This document shows, piece after piece, positions 48,164 through 57,708 of a stretch of DNA of 64,000 nt (positions within the stretch are counted from its first letter, which is position 1; each line of letters opens with the position of its first letter). Position numbers and translations under genes: made by a program. The notes below the pieces were generated by a model. It ran no database searches. It had not been told where the DNA came from and saw only the letters and a list, made by a program, of their open reading frames with translations. Location of the stretch: positions 32,001-96,000 of the IMG/VR virus record IMGVR_UViG_3300022752_000025; one strand, 5' to 3'. Source of the stretch: a virus.

Positions 48164-48619
48164 TTATAGAAAATAAACTTTAATATATTCTTCTTTTTCT
48201 GAAACAGAAAAAGACCTATAAGCAGCCCTGTCTTCTATTATTTTCTTCCAAAAATTTGCCCAATCTTCGTCTGTTTTCCCTACAACAAAAATTTTCCCTC
48301 TGTAATCTGTCATTTCTTGTGGTATTTGTCCTGAGTTAGGGGTTGATAACTCTCTTCTAACTTGTCTTGGTTTAGTAATTTCTTTAATTTTTTCTTGAAC
48401 TTTTTCATTTTTAAACATTTCATCAAGAAAATTTGCGTCTTCTGTATTGTATACTTTATTGAAATATTCATGAACTCTTTGTCCACAACTACAACTTGGA
48501 TTTTCTCTCCAACTTAATAAGTCTACTTCTATATCTTTATATTTCTCTTTTAAGATATTAAAAGTTTCATCAAGCTCTATGGCTGCTCTTAGATTTAAAA
48601 AATTAATTTCTTTAGTCAT
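48164..48619 (-). CDS. Hypothetical protein with CxC motif
   Basis: NPSCSCG. Confidence 0.7.
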   Translation of the reverse strand: MTKEINFLNLRAAIELDETFNILKEKYKDIEVDLLSWRENPSCSCGQRVHEYFNKVYNTEDANFLDEMFKNEKVQEKIKEITKPRQVRRELSTPNSGQIPQEMTDYRGKIFVVGKTDEDWANFWKKIIEDRAAYRSFSVSEKEEYIKVYFL

Positions 48620-48669
48620 ATCTAATATTTTATAAATTAGGATATAAAAAATCTAATTTATTTTTTATA

Positions 48670-49476
48670 TTATTCTGGCAACGGTTCTCCTGGAATTCCT
48701 GGAGTTACTCCCTCATGATTTCCTCCTCCGACGCAATTTGTTGGAGGTGGAGGTGGTAAAGGTGGAGGTGAAGGTGGAGGAGGTGGTGGAGGAGGAGGTG
48801 AACACCACTCAGGTCTTGGGCTTGGTGGTTGCCAATTCGGATCAGGTTTTACAGAAAAATCGATGTATCTATAAAAAATATCACTGGTACAAAAAAATCC
48901 ATCACATGGCGGAGTTCCATTAACATCTACTGGTCTTGCACCTGGAATTGGGTCAGACCCTATAACTGCCCAAGGTCTTTTACACCCTAGAAGAATGTCT
49001 ATATCTTCTGCATTTTTATCTGCTGCTTCTTTCTCTAAAAGCTCATAACATCCTTCTGGCCTTATTTTTTCTTCATATCTATTTTTTAAATCTAATTCAT
49101 TTGCTTTAATTTCTTCTATAAGTCTTTTTCCAAATGCTTGTTTATCTGATGTGCAATTTCCAAAATAAAGGCTAGACTTTGTAATACTTGAACTAATAGG
49201 TCCACATCTATATTCTAATTCAAAAGGAAATCTAGATCCCTTTTTATAAAAGTCACAAGGATCTGCATTTTTATCATAATTATAAATAGATATACCGTTT
49301 GGACACTGAATGCTTGGCGTAGGGAAAGGCCATCCTCTATGAAATTCTGCTTCGTAAAAACTTTTATAGCAACTAGAATTAGCGCAACAATCTAACTGTC
49401 TTATACAGTTTTGCAATTGCGCATTGTAATCAACTGGGTCGTGAGGAAAAACATAAGAGCACATATGATTTTCCAA
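48670..49476 (-). CDS. Cys-rich protein with extensin-like Ser-Pro(n) tract
   Basis: SP9-SP3-LP5 near C-terminus, about 15 Cys; GTGTAAT-N7-TTG. Confidence 0.75.
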   Translation of the reverse strand: MENHMCSYVFPHDPVDYNAQLQNCIRQLDCCANSSCYKSFYEAEFHRGWPFPTPSIQCPNGISIYNYDKNADPCDFYKKGSRFPFELEYRCGPISSSITKSSLYFGNCTSDKQAFGKRLIEEIKANELDLKNRYEEKIRPEGCYELLEKEAADKNAEDIDILLGCKRPWAVIGSDPIPGARPVDVNGTPPCDGFFCTSDIFYRYIDFSVKPDPNWQPPSPRPEWCSPPPPPPPPPSPPPLPPPPPTNCVGGGNHEGVTPGIPGEPLPE

Positions 49477-49484
49477 TTCCTATA

Positions 49485-52256
49485 TTACACTCTTGGGATA
49501 TTTCCTGTATTTTGAACTAAATTATATTTAATAGAAATATCCTCTTTAGAATCATCGCTTGTTTTAAATGATATTAAACCTGTGCAAATTGGGACATTAT
49601 ATTCTTTAAATTTATTTAAATTTTGAGGTGAATATGGACTAATTTTATTTATTTTATTTCCTGCATAGGCTGAATATTTGTCTCCATAATATAAATTATC
49701 TGGTATATGAGCCGCAGAGATCTTGAATGTTTTAACGCTTGCCGATGTATATCCTGTAATTTCAAAAGTTTCTGGATTTACTAATACTCCACTTTTTAAA
49801 GTTTCACTAATAGCCGAACCTAGATATGGATTTCTTCCAGAGCCGTATATATTATTTCCTGTATAAAAATAAAATCCAGTATATGAAATTGGTAAAAGTA
49901 AATCATAAGTTTTATCTGTTTCTAAATATAATTCTGGATATCTTTGATTTTGGAATCTATAGTAAACTTTTGCTCCACTTCTTTCTTGTGGAATATCAAA
50001 TTGGCTAAAAACTTTAGTTCTTAATACTAAATTTAAACTTTGTTCTCTTAAATTATCTCCACTGATCATCATTTTGCCTGTGATTGAATTTGGCGAAACG
50101 GAAAAATATTCTATACTTGGATCAATATTATTTTCCTTCACACTAAATTGAATTAATCTATAATTCCCGTTGATTTTATTATAATTTGGTTCAATAACTT
50201 TTAATCCACTTACATCACCTTTAATAGCTAAAGGCCTATGATGCGATAAGTTTGTTTGCAAGAAATTATATTTAAGGCCTTTTTTTAATATTATTTCATC
50301 TAATTTTTTATATTTATTTGAAACTGTATCGTAGAATCTATATCCAGATCCACTTAAAAAGTTAACTGAAACATATTCTTGCTTTGAGTCTTCTGTGTTA
50401 AAAGTTGGTAAATTATTTCTTTGTAATTTAAAAAGTAAATCTAATTGTACTGCTCCAGTTATTGGATTAAAATTATTTTTCTGATAAACAAGTTGACCAT
50501 TTTGATTTTTAAATAAACCAGAATAACCTTCTCTATATTTAAAATATTGTCTCTCAGTATTTAAATTTGAAACATAGGTATCTGGTTCTACATTAACAGT
50601 AATGTTTGCTTGACCTTGATAAGAAGGTAATGCTTTAGTTTTTGATGCAAATTTTGCTTTTAATGTAGAAGTTTCTGAAATTATATTTAAACCTGTTGCA
50701 TAAGCTGTAAGCCCAAATACTGGACTAGATGTAGGTAGATTACCATTATTATCATATTTTAACAATGATCCTTCTAAATTATACTCTAGATTATCTCCAG
50801 TGCCTTGAATTACGCCTAATTGATTTTCTCTAAAAGATGAAAAATAGTAATCATCAAAAAATATTTTAGTATTATTTCCCAAAGCCTTTGTAGAAGCTGA
50901 AATTAATTTAGATTTTACTAAAAAGCTTAATTTACCATCTTCTAGCATTGTGCCTGTAACTTCATTTAAAATTAAACCGCCAGTATTTGTATAGATTTTT
51001 GTTCCATTAGCTAAAGTAGAGGAATGAGTTCCAGTCTTTAGATAATTAATTCTAAAATTAATATCCACGCTACTATTTTTACCTATTGTATAATATTTTA
51101 CAAGTTGGCCAGATAAAGGATGATTATTTGGATAAACAAATTGAGTTATTTTAAATTTATCATCAATTACTTCAAGATTTGAAGAAGCAGAAGAGATATA
51201 AAAATTCTTTGGTAAATCTCCAGTATTAAATACAGAAAATGAATAAACTTCTCTATCGTTTAAAGTGCCAGATTGATTTATAGTATAATTATTATTATAT
51301 AACTTGTATAATCCAGTATTATTTGGTTGAAAATATGGTCCATATCCTAAATCAAAAGAATTTGGAGAAGTTCCTGTTGGAATCCAGGAAACAGTTCCGC
51401 TAAATACAAATATTCTACGAATTGTTTCGTCTGATGATTTAACTTTTATAGGATCATCATATTGTAAATTTCTTTCGCCCCTCATTTCTGTATAAACAAA
51501 AGAACATCTATTCGTTACACACCATTCAATATTTGGAATATTATCTTGAAAATATATTTTATTATAAGAAATTAATTGCCCAGTTTTTGTGCCAGAGATA
51601 ATACCGCTAGTTTGTGCGTCCGCATAGTATTCTGATAATCCAAAATTTAATAATTCTTTTTTCGTCCAATAATTTCTTCCTACGCTTCCTAATTGATATC
51701 CACTATGATCAACTAATTCGAAAATATTTTTATATGGAGATATAAATGGTGCCCATGGAAGATCATTTCTAACGAATCCGCAAATTTTAAATCTTTGGCC
51801 AGAGGAAATTCCTTCTGGATATCCAAAACCATCTTCTTTTCCATAAGGAAATCCTGCGTCAGGTTCAAAATTAGCTCTTATAGTCCTATCCAAGCAATAA
51901 GCTTGACCATTTACTGTAGTATATGGATCTTTATCTAAAGGATAATATGTCTTGGCAAATTTAATTTTTAATCCAGATGCTCTATAAGTTTTTAACCATC
52001 CAGATTCATACCATAATGAATTATAATTATCTTTTCTGTAAGTTTTTAAATCATTTAAATAATTTTGATTATCTCTTTTAGATATTTCGCTACCTAAAAT
52101 TACTTTAGAATTGTTTAACAAATCTTTAAATTTTGGTGTTAAATATTCTTTATCTGCATATTCATAATAAGTATTATTAATAGCAGATGCTAAATCTAAG
52201 TCTTTAGCTTTTGTTTGACCGCTAAATCCTTTTCTATATCCAGTAATTTTATTCAT
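49485..52256 (-). CDS. Large probable virion structural / tail-associated protein
   Basis: 923 aa, recurrent SG/TG dipeptides, L.LKKG.KYNF and PDNLYY motifs. Confidence 0.65.
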   Translation of the reverse strand: MNKITGYRKGFSGQTKAKDLDLASAINNTYYEYADKEYLTPKFKDLLNNSKVILGSEISKRDNQNYLNDLKTYRKDNYNSLWYESGWLKTYRASGLKIKFAKTYYPLDKDPYTTVNGQAYCLDRTIRANFEPDAGFPYGKEDGFGYPEGISSGQRFKICGFVRNDLPWAPFISPYKNIFELVDHSGYQLGSVGRNYWTKKELLNFGLSEYYADAQTSGIISGTKTGQLISYNKIYFQDNIPNIEWCVTNRCSFVYTEMRGERNLQYDDPIKVKSSDETIRRIFVFSGTVSWIPTGTSPNSFDLGYGPYFQPNNTGLYKLYNNNYTINQSGTLNDREVYSFSVFNTGDLPKNFYISSASSNLEVIDDKFKITQFVYPNNHPLSGQLVKYYTIGKNSSVDINFRINYLKTGTHSSTLANGTKIYTNTGGLILNEVTGTMLEDGKLSFLVKSKLISASTKALGNNTKIFFDDYYFSSFRENQLGVIQGTGDNLEYNLEGSLLKYDNNGNLPTSSPVFGLTAYATGLNIISETSTLKAKFASKTKALPSYQGQANITVNVEPDTYVSNLNTERQYFKYREGYSGLFKNQNGQLVYQKNNFNPITGAVQLDLLFKLQRNNLPTFNTEDSKQEYVSVNFLSGSGYRFYDTVSNKYKKLDEIILKKGLKYNFLQTNLSHHRPLAIKGDVSGLKVIEPNYNKINGNYRLIQFSVKENNIDPSIEYFSVSPNSITGKMMISGDNLREQSLNLVLRTKVFSQFDIPQERSGAKVYYRFQNQRYPELYLETDKTYDLLLPISYTGFYFYTGNNIYGSGRNPYLGSAISETLKSGVLVNPETFEITGYTSASVKTFKISAAHIPDNLYYGDKYSAYAGNKINKISPYSPQNLNKFKEYNVPICTGLISFKTSDDSKEDISIKYNLVQNTGNIPRV

Positions 52257-52388
52257 GATTTTTAGGCCTAGCTTTGTCTAGACTTCTTGTTGCTCTTTTT
52301 TGCCTCATTTCTGAACCCTGATGTTCTCAATGAAAAAGCCGGTTATCTAGATGTTAAAACCTTTCTGGTGGTTTCTTCTTGCTCTTCT

Positions 52389-52636
52389 CATGTATGTTAT
52401 TTTTCATTTTTTAAAATGAAAACTCGATGTCTCCATCGAGATCGGACTATATCTTGCTTACTGACTTTCGTTAGTAAGACTGGGTGCTCGTGTCTCTGTT
52501 ATTGTTACGGTAACTCAAGAGTTAGTCTCTACACCTTCATGCTTCGTTTTTACCGTGAAGCAGGCTTGGCTCGGTATAATCCACTTGGGACTTCCACCGA
52601 ATTCACCCAGTATGCCCATCATCTTTTAAAGAACTA
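52389..52636 (-). ncRNA. Group I intron core (IA-like), no internal ORF, splice sites undefined
   Basis: P3 ACTGGGTG/CACCCAGT, P4 TTCGGT/ACCGAG, R GTGTAGAGACTA, S AAGATATAGTCC, P8 GAAA loop, P9 GAGA loop. Confidence 0.85.
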
Positions 52637-52642
52637 TAACCT

Positions 52643-52649
52643 ATTACAC
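52643..52649 (-). promoter_or_regulatory. GTGTAAT motif (putative phage-sigma promoter) upstream of the group I RNA
   Basis: Same motif precedes eleven other gene starts in window. Confidence 0.55.
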
Positions 52650-52674
52650 TAAATAATATAATGTGAAATTATTT

Positions 52675-53667
52675 TTATATTTTTTCTTTATCACCAGAAA
52701 ACATTATTTGTAGTTCTTCTTTTATGGAGTTATTTATTTCTGATTTTATGAAAGATTTCATTTCGTCTAACTCATCAAATGAATAAAGAATATTATCTTG
52801 ATATAGCCTATATAGATTTATTTTTTCAAGAATATCACACTTATTAAAAATTAACTTATTGACCCCAGAAATTCTAATTGCACGAATTAATTTTGTTAAA
52901 TTCAACCAATTAACTAATCTTTTTCTACCAGTTGTAGAACCAAACTCCTGCCCAATATCAATAATCATATTCAATTCTGGATCATTCCAGAGATATTCTG
53001 GAAATAATGGATCTACTCCACTTTTTGTATCGTAAATTTTTGCAACGCCAATTATATCTCTAATTTTTTTTGGAGAAAAACCTAAAGAGCAAGCAGAGTA
53101 TGGAAGAGTTTCGCTACTAGTAACATAAGGATAATTTCCATAATTTATATCTAACCAAAAGCTTTGAGCTCCTTCACAAAGGATTTTGCCATAAAGATTT
53201 CCATCCCAAATATATTTTTTATCAATATAATCTTTTGCTAATTTTCCAGTTCTTAGCATTTTATCTGCATAAGCTGGGGCGATACCTTGTCCAGTGGTCC
53301 CAAGCTTTGGCTTTAAAAATTTAAGATCATATTGAATATGTCTTTCTGTGATGATATTTGCGTTTGAACTTACTTTAATTAAAGAAGTATCAAATCCATT
53401 TTTTTCAAGGTATTCTATTTCGTCAAAAAATTTATCTACATTAATAACGCAATTTGGTCCAATAACACTAATTTTATTTTGAAATATACCGCATGGTATT
53501 ATATGCGTTTTATATTTTTTATTATTTAAATAAATAGTGTGCCCAGCATTTGGCCCGCCATTCCAACGACAGACCATATCGTAATCTTTAGATATAGTAT
53601 TAGTAATTTTACCTTTTCCTTCATCTCCCCAACATAATCCAAAAATAATATCAACTAGTTTTATCAT
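52675..53667 (-). CDS. purA: Adenylosuccinate synthetase (short form)
   Basis: WGDEGKG, GGPNAGHT, GTTGQGIAPAYADK, EGAQ, YPYVTSS, EFGSTTGRKR. Confidence 0.95.
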   Translation of the reverse strand: MIKLVDIIFGLCWGDEGKGKITNTISKDYDMVCRWNGGPNAGHTIYLNNKKYKTHIIPCGIFQNKISVIGPNCVINVDKFFDEIEYLEKNGFDTSLIKVSSNANIITERHIQYDLKFLKPKLGTTGQGIAPAYADKMLRTGKLAKDYIDKKYIWDGNLYGKILCEGAQSFWLDINYGNYPYVTSSETLPYSACSLGFSPKKIRDIIGVAKIYDTKSGVDPLFPEYLWNDPELNMIIDIGQEFGSTTGRKRLVNWLNLTKLIRAIRISGVNKLIFNKCDILEKINLYRLYQDNILYSFDELDEMKSFIKSEINNSIKEELQIMFSGDKEKI

Positions 53668-53902
53668 TATTATTTGATTTTAATTCATTTAAATAATTTT
53701 CTAAATTTTCTTTAGCTTTTGTACAATAATCTTGTCCTGATTTGCCACAACAATTTTTAAATTTTGTTAAAGTGAGTGGACACCAAGTATTCCTAGGGAC
53801 TTTATTTAAAACTCTAACTATTGGAGAAAATGGGGTAGCTCTGGCGTAAGGATTATCTGGTAGTTTTATATTTTTTACATTCTCGTTTACATTTTCATTC
53901 AT
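53651..53902 (-). CDS. SEC-C-motif-like protein
   Basis: KVPRNTWCP....KFKNCCG. Confidence 0.6.
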   Translation of the reverse strand: MNENVNENVKNIKLPDNPYARATPFSPIVRVLNKVPRNTWCPLTLTKFKNCCGKSGQDYCTKAKENLENYLNELKSNNNDKTS

Positions 53903-53903
53903 A

Positions 53904-54290
53904 TTATCGGGTGCTTTCGAGTTTTGGCCTTAGTCTTTGGAAAGCCGCATTAACCTCGGCAACATTTTCAATTTTATTAGCATCCATAATAAGAAATGCT
54001 TTTTGTCCAAGTCTAAAATTTTCATCAGTTTTCGCGGATACAACAGCTTGAATTCTTGATCTCATTTGAGATTCGTTTTTTAATGAAAGATTTCTTTTTT
54101 GTTCTTGAAGAAGCTCTATATATTTTTTATTTGATTCAATTTGAGATTTTGCCAAATGATATTCCGCTCCTCTCGTAACATCATCATATTTTTGATATGT
54201 TGATTGACCTTTGCTGCTGCTAATAGCTATTAATAATGCAATTATTGCAATTGCTAGATATTTTATATTATTATAATTTTCCATGTGCAA
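53904..54290 (-). CDS. Signal-anchored coiled-coil protein
   Basis: N-terminal hydrophobic helix. Confidence 0.65.
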   Translation of the reverse strand: MHMENYNNIKYLAIAIIALLIAISSSKGQSTYQKYDDVTRGAEYHLAKSQIESNKKYIELLQEQKRNLSLKNESQMRSRIQAVVSAKTDENFRLGQKAFLIMDANKIENVAEVNAAFQRLRPKLESTR

Positions 54291-55374
54291 ATCCTTCGTA
54301 CAAGTTGTTTGCTGTAACTTTTACAGCTTTTATTTTATTTGTCCAAATGCCTCCGCGCATTTCTTCTATTGATCTAAATCCCAAATAACTCATTGCACTT
54401 CTTAAGCCATTGGCAAAATCATATACAATGTCTTCTATGGATTTATTTTCAATCAAGGGAATTAACGTGGCATCTCCTTCTACAAATAAATTCTTTTTTG
54501 TACCATCATATAAATCATAATCTTCTACGACATCTTTGCTTGCCATTCCTCTATATTTTGCATATCTTTTACCGTCTTTTTCTATTATATTTTCTTCATC
54601 TACGGAATCTGCAAGTCCAGCAAATATTCTTCCACATATTACGGCATCCGCACCACTCGCGATAGCTTTAACTAAATCTTTAGGATATCTAATCCCTCCA
54701 TCTGCTAAAATACTTGGACGATTTTCTTCTTTTGGATTTTCGTGTCTAAAATAATCTAGATTTGCTAACTGAAAATTTCTAACTGCTTTCCAAGCATAAT
54801 ATAAACCTGTGACACTTGGACATCCTATTCCAGTTTTTATTTGGGTCAAACACATTGATCCAGGTCCAATAAGATGCCTAAAACCATCTGATTTTAAATT
54901 AGCTAATCTATAAACACTTTCTTTTGTTAAAGTATTTCCAACGATTATATCTTGTTTATAGGATGATTGTTTATACCATATAAGAAAGTCTTCGACATTT
55001 TGAGATAAACCATTAGCAGTATCTAAAAAGAATATATCCGTATATTCCGAAATCATTTCAATTCTTTCTTTAAAGTCTTTAAGACCTATTGCATTTATGC
55101 AAAAATTACTTTCGTCTTTTATGTGCTTAGCTTTTTTAGCTTGATCGTCTGGAGACATAAATCTATGTAAAACTCCTGCACCACCAACTCTATTAATCTT
55201 TATACAAGATTTAACAGATGAAACTGTATCCATCGGAGAAAGTATAATTGGTATATCTATATATTTTGATTTGCTAATTTTTGTTATTGTATTAACTTCT
55301 TTTCTAGAAATAATATCTGAAAAATTTGGAAGTAAGGAGATATCATCGTATCCTAAAGCTTCTATAAATTCCAT
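54271..55374 (-). CDS. IMP dehydrogenase / GMP reductase family enzyme (no CBS domain)
   Basis: SPMDTV, GVLHRF, IGPGSMCLT, ADGGI, YRGMAS, VEG, GLRSAMSY. Confidence 0.9.
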   Translation of the reverse strand: MEFIEALGYDDISLLPNFSDIISRKEVNTITKISKSKYIDIPIILSPMDTVSSVKSCIKINRVGGAGVLHRFMSPDDQAKKAKHIKDESNFCINAIGLKDFKERIEMISEYTDIFFLDTANGLSQNVEDFLIWYKQSSYKQDIIVGNTLTKESVYRLANLKSDGFRHLIGPGSMCLTQIKTGIGCPSVTGLYYAWKAVRNFQLANLDYFRHENPKEENRPSILADGGIRYPKDLVKAIASGADAVICGRIFAGLADSVDEENIIEKDGKRYAKYRGMASKDVVEDYDLYDGTKKNLFVEGDATLIPLIENKSIEDIVYDFANGLRSAMSYLGFRSIEEMRGGIWTNKIKAVKVTANNLYEGFAHGKL

Positions 55375-55416
55375 TCTTTGATTATAGAATTGATTTTAAA
55401 AAAAGTCAATAGTAAA

Positions 55417-55710
55417 TCAAATTTTTCGTATCAAAGATCCGTCTTTTTTTATAAAATTTATAACGTCTTCAGAGCTAAATCCTAAATTATTTTTTAAATT
55501 AATTAAAATTTCTTGAGGCAAAGTATTTATTTTTTGAATAAATTTATCTTCAGCGTAATTTTCTCTAGTTTTTCTGCTACAACTACATCCTCCTAGAGAC
55601 ATATCATAGTAAGAAATATTCTCATTGAAATAAGCTAGAGTTTGTTCGTCTTTTATTTTATTTCTAACTTCTGTCACGAACTGTTGTAGATTAAGATTCT
55701 TCTCTGTCAT
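55417..55710 (-). CDS. Hypothetical protein with CxC motif
   Basis: GGCSCSRK. Confidence 0.7.
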   Translation of the reverse strand: MTEKNLNLQQFVTEVRNKIKDEQTLAYFNENISYYDMSLGGCSCSRKTRENYAEDKFIQKINTLPQEILINLKNNLGFSSEDVINFIKKDGSLIRKI

Positions 55711-56056
55711 GGTATTTCATTAAAATTACACTTATATAATATAATATCAAAGAACTAAAAAATATCAAAAATATTCTATATATATTACTAAATAATAGAT
55801 AGTCCCCTATACATAGCCAAGTATTAAGACAAATAGGACAACTTATTAATCTTGTGAAAAATGAATTATATTCCATATTTAAAAATATAGGATAATTAAT
55901 ATTGGGATACTTCATTTTTAGTTCCAAATATTCTTTAAATTTAAATATTTTATTTAATAATGGTATCTTATTAAAGTATTCAAAAAATGCGTCAGTTTTA
56001 AACCAGACTAAAAGTATAAAAGAGTTTAATGTAAATAAGAATATATTTTCTATCAT
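55691..56056 (-). CDS. Membrane protein with CPxC motif
   Basis: LISCPICLNTW flanked by TM segments. Confidence 0.7.
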   Translation of the reverse strand: MIENIFLFTLNSFILLVWFKTDAFFEYFNKIPLLNKIFKFKEYLELKMKYPNINYPIFLNMEYNSFFTRLISCPICLNTWLCIGDYLLFSNIYRIFLIFFSSLILYYISVILMKYHDREES

Positions 56057-56472
56057 TAAATATTATATTTAAAAATCTCTATATTATAAAATTTAAATAT
56101 ATCAAATGATTTTTGTTCTTTGTCGTATTCTTCTATATAAAGAATTTTTTTTATGCCATGAGATACAATATTTATCGCGCAAGATGAACAAGGGAGTAAT
56201 GTAGTCGCCATTAAATATGGATCATCATATCTAGATATACATGCTAAAGCGTTTGTTTCTGCGTGAATCATATATAATCTTCTTTCATCCCTATTATCCC
56301 AAAAATTATTTTCTATATTCTTTTTGCTTGTTAAGCCGTTGTAACCTATACTAAGTAATCTACCTTCTTTGTTCAAAATTGAGCAGCCAACTTTTTTGTA
56401 TGGATCTTCTGATCTTTCTGAAGCAGAAATCGCAAATTTTATAGCCATATCTTCGAAAGATATTCTTTCCAT
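56056..56472 (-). CDS. dCMP deaminase
   Basis: RSEDP..KVG, IGYNG, HAETNA, PCSSC. Confidence 0.9.
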   Translation of the reverse strand: MERISFEDMAIKFAISASERSEDPYKKVGCSILNKEGRLLSIGYNGLTSKKNIENNFWDNRDERRLYMIHAETNALACISRYDDPYLMATTLLPCSSCAINIVSHGIKKILYIEEYDKEQKSFDIFKFYNIEIFKYNI

Positions 56473-56553
56473 AATTAAATGTTAAATATATTTTATAATA
56501 AAGTCAAGTTTAGAAGCTTGACTTTACTAAAAAATTTTAGTAGAATAATAAAG

Positions 56554-57138
56554 ATGATTGGTATAACTGGAGTAGCTAGATCTGGAAAAGATACGCTTTA
56601 CAAATTAATAGAAAAAAAATTAGCTAAAGAATCAATATCTACAAAAAGATTTGCTTTAGCTGATAATCTAAAAAAAGATTTAAAAGAATTTATTTTAAAT
56701 AAATTTAACATTAATCTTGATTCTTGTACTCCAGAAGAAAAGGAAATTGTTAGACCTATAATGGTAGCGTATGGTAAATCTAAAAGAAAACAGACTGAAG
56801 GAAGATATTGGATAAATTTATTAGATTCAGAGTTATCTATATCAAACATAATTCCAGTAGTTACTGATATTAGATATGATGAATACCCTAGGGATGAATA
56901 TTTTTGGCTCTCTAAAGAAAAAAATGGATTTTTAATACATATATCGAGAGTACACGATGGAAAAATTATCCCTCCAGCAAACGAAGAAGAGTATAAAAAT
57001 GATAAGATTTTATCAGAAAAGTCTAACTATAAAATGATATGGTGTACAGAGTCAAATTCTGAAGTTTTATATTCGACTTATGAAAAAAATATTATAGAAA
57101 TATATGAACAATATAGAAGACATATTTTTAATAAATAA
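56554..57138 (+). CDS. Deoxynucleoside monophosphate kinase (start corrected from 56479)
   Basis: MIGITGVARSGKDT P-loop, ALAD.LK, VTDIRY; TTGACT-N17-TAGAAT-N7-ATG. Confidence 0.82.
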   Translation: MIGITGVARSGKDTLYKLIEKKLAKESISTKRFALADNLKKDLKEFILNKFNINLDSCTPEEKEIVRPIMVAYGKSKRKQTEGRYWINLLDSELSISNIIPVVTDIRYDEYPRDEYFWLSKEKNGFLIHISRVHDGKIIPPANEEEYKNDKILSEKSNYKMIWCTESNSEVLYSTYEKNIIEIYEQYRRHIFNK

Positions 57139-57703
57139 AGTAAAAACAAATTCTGATAATCAAGCTTTATTAGAATTATCAAATCGCCATAGTGGTATTT
57201 ATAATGAAATGATAAAAAAATATTATCGCCATTTAGTTAATGTAGGACTTAATCCAGATGATATAATATCTGATAAGTTATATATTCTATATAAATCTGC
57301 GATGAGTTTTGATCCATCGAAAAATGTAAAATTTTCAACTTGGGTTGGCAACCAAGCCAGATATTATTGTTTAAATTGTATGAATAAAAATAATAATTCT
57401 ATTGCCATGGAAGAAAAAGACATCAGATTAATTTTAGAGAAAAAACAATTAGCTGTTAATAATGATCAAAATTTATTAAAAGAAAAATCAGATTTAATAT
57501 TTTCTATCTTAGATAGAGTTAAGGATAGTAGGTTATCTAAAATATATAAATTAAGATATTTCTCTGGCAAGAAACTCACTCCATGGAGTAAAATAAGTAA
57601 AAAATTAAAAATTAGCACTCAAACTGCTATTAACTTGCATAATAAGGGAAAAAAACTTTTAAAAAATAAGTTGACAACCGGATATAATATAGATATAATT
57701 TAA
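57104..57703 (+). CDS. Phage sigma70-family sigma factor
   Basis: FDPSKNVKFSTW (region 2) and C-terminal LRYF..WSKISKKLKIS HTH (region 4). Confidence 0.8.
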   Translation: MNNIEDIFLINKVKTNSDNQALLELSNRHSGIYNEMIKKYYRHLVNVGLNPDDIISDKLYILYKSAMSFDPSKNVKFSTWVGNQARYYCLNCMNKNNNSIAMEEKDIRLILEKKQLAVNNDQNLLKEKSDLIFSILDRVKDSRLSKIYKLRYFSGKKLTPWSKISKKLKISTQTAINLHNKGKKLLKNKLTTGYNIDII

Positions 57704-57708
57704 TTATT

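Noticed and set aside
52287-52652. 121-aa plus-strand ORF
   Set aside because: Antisense to the group I core, no recognisable protein features
52675-53667. PurZ (2-aminoadenine DNA pathway)
   Set aside because: Motif is GDEGKG with the PurA catalytic Asp, not the Ser-containing PurZ motif
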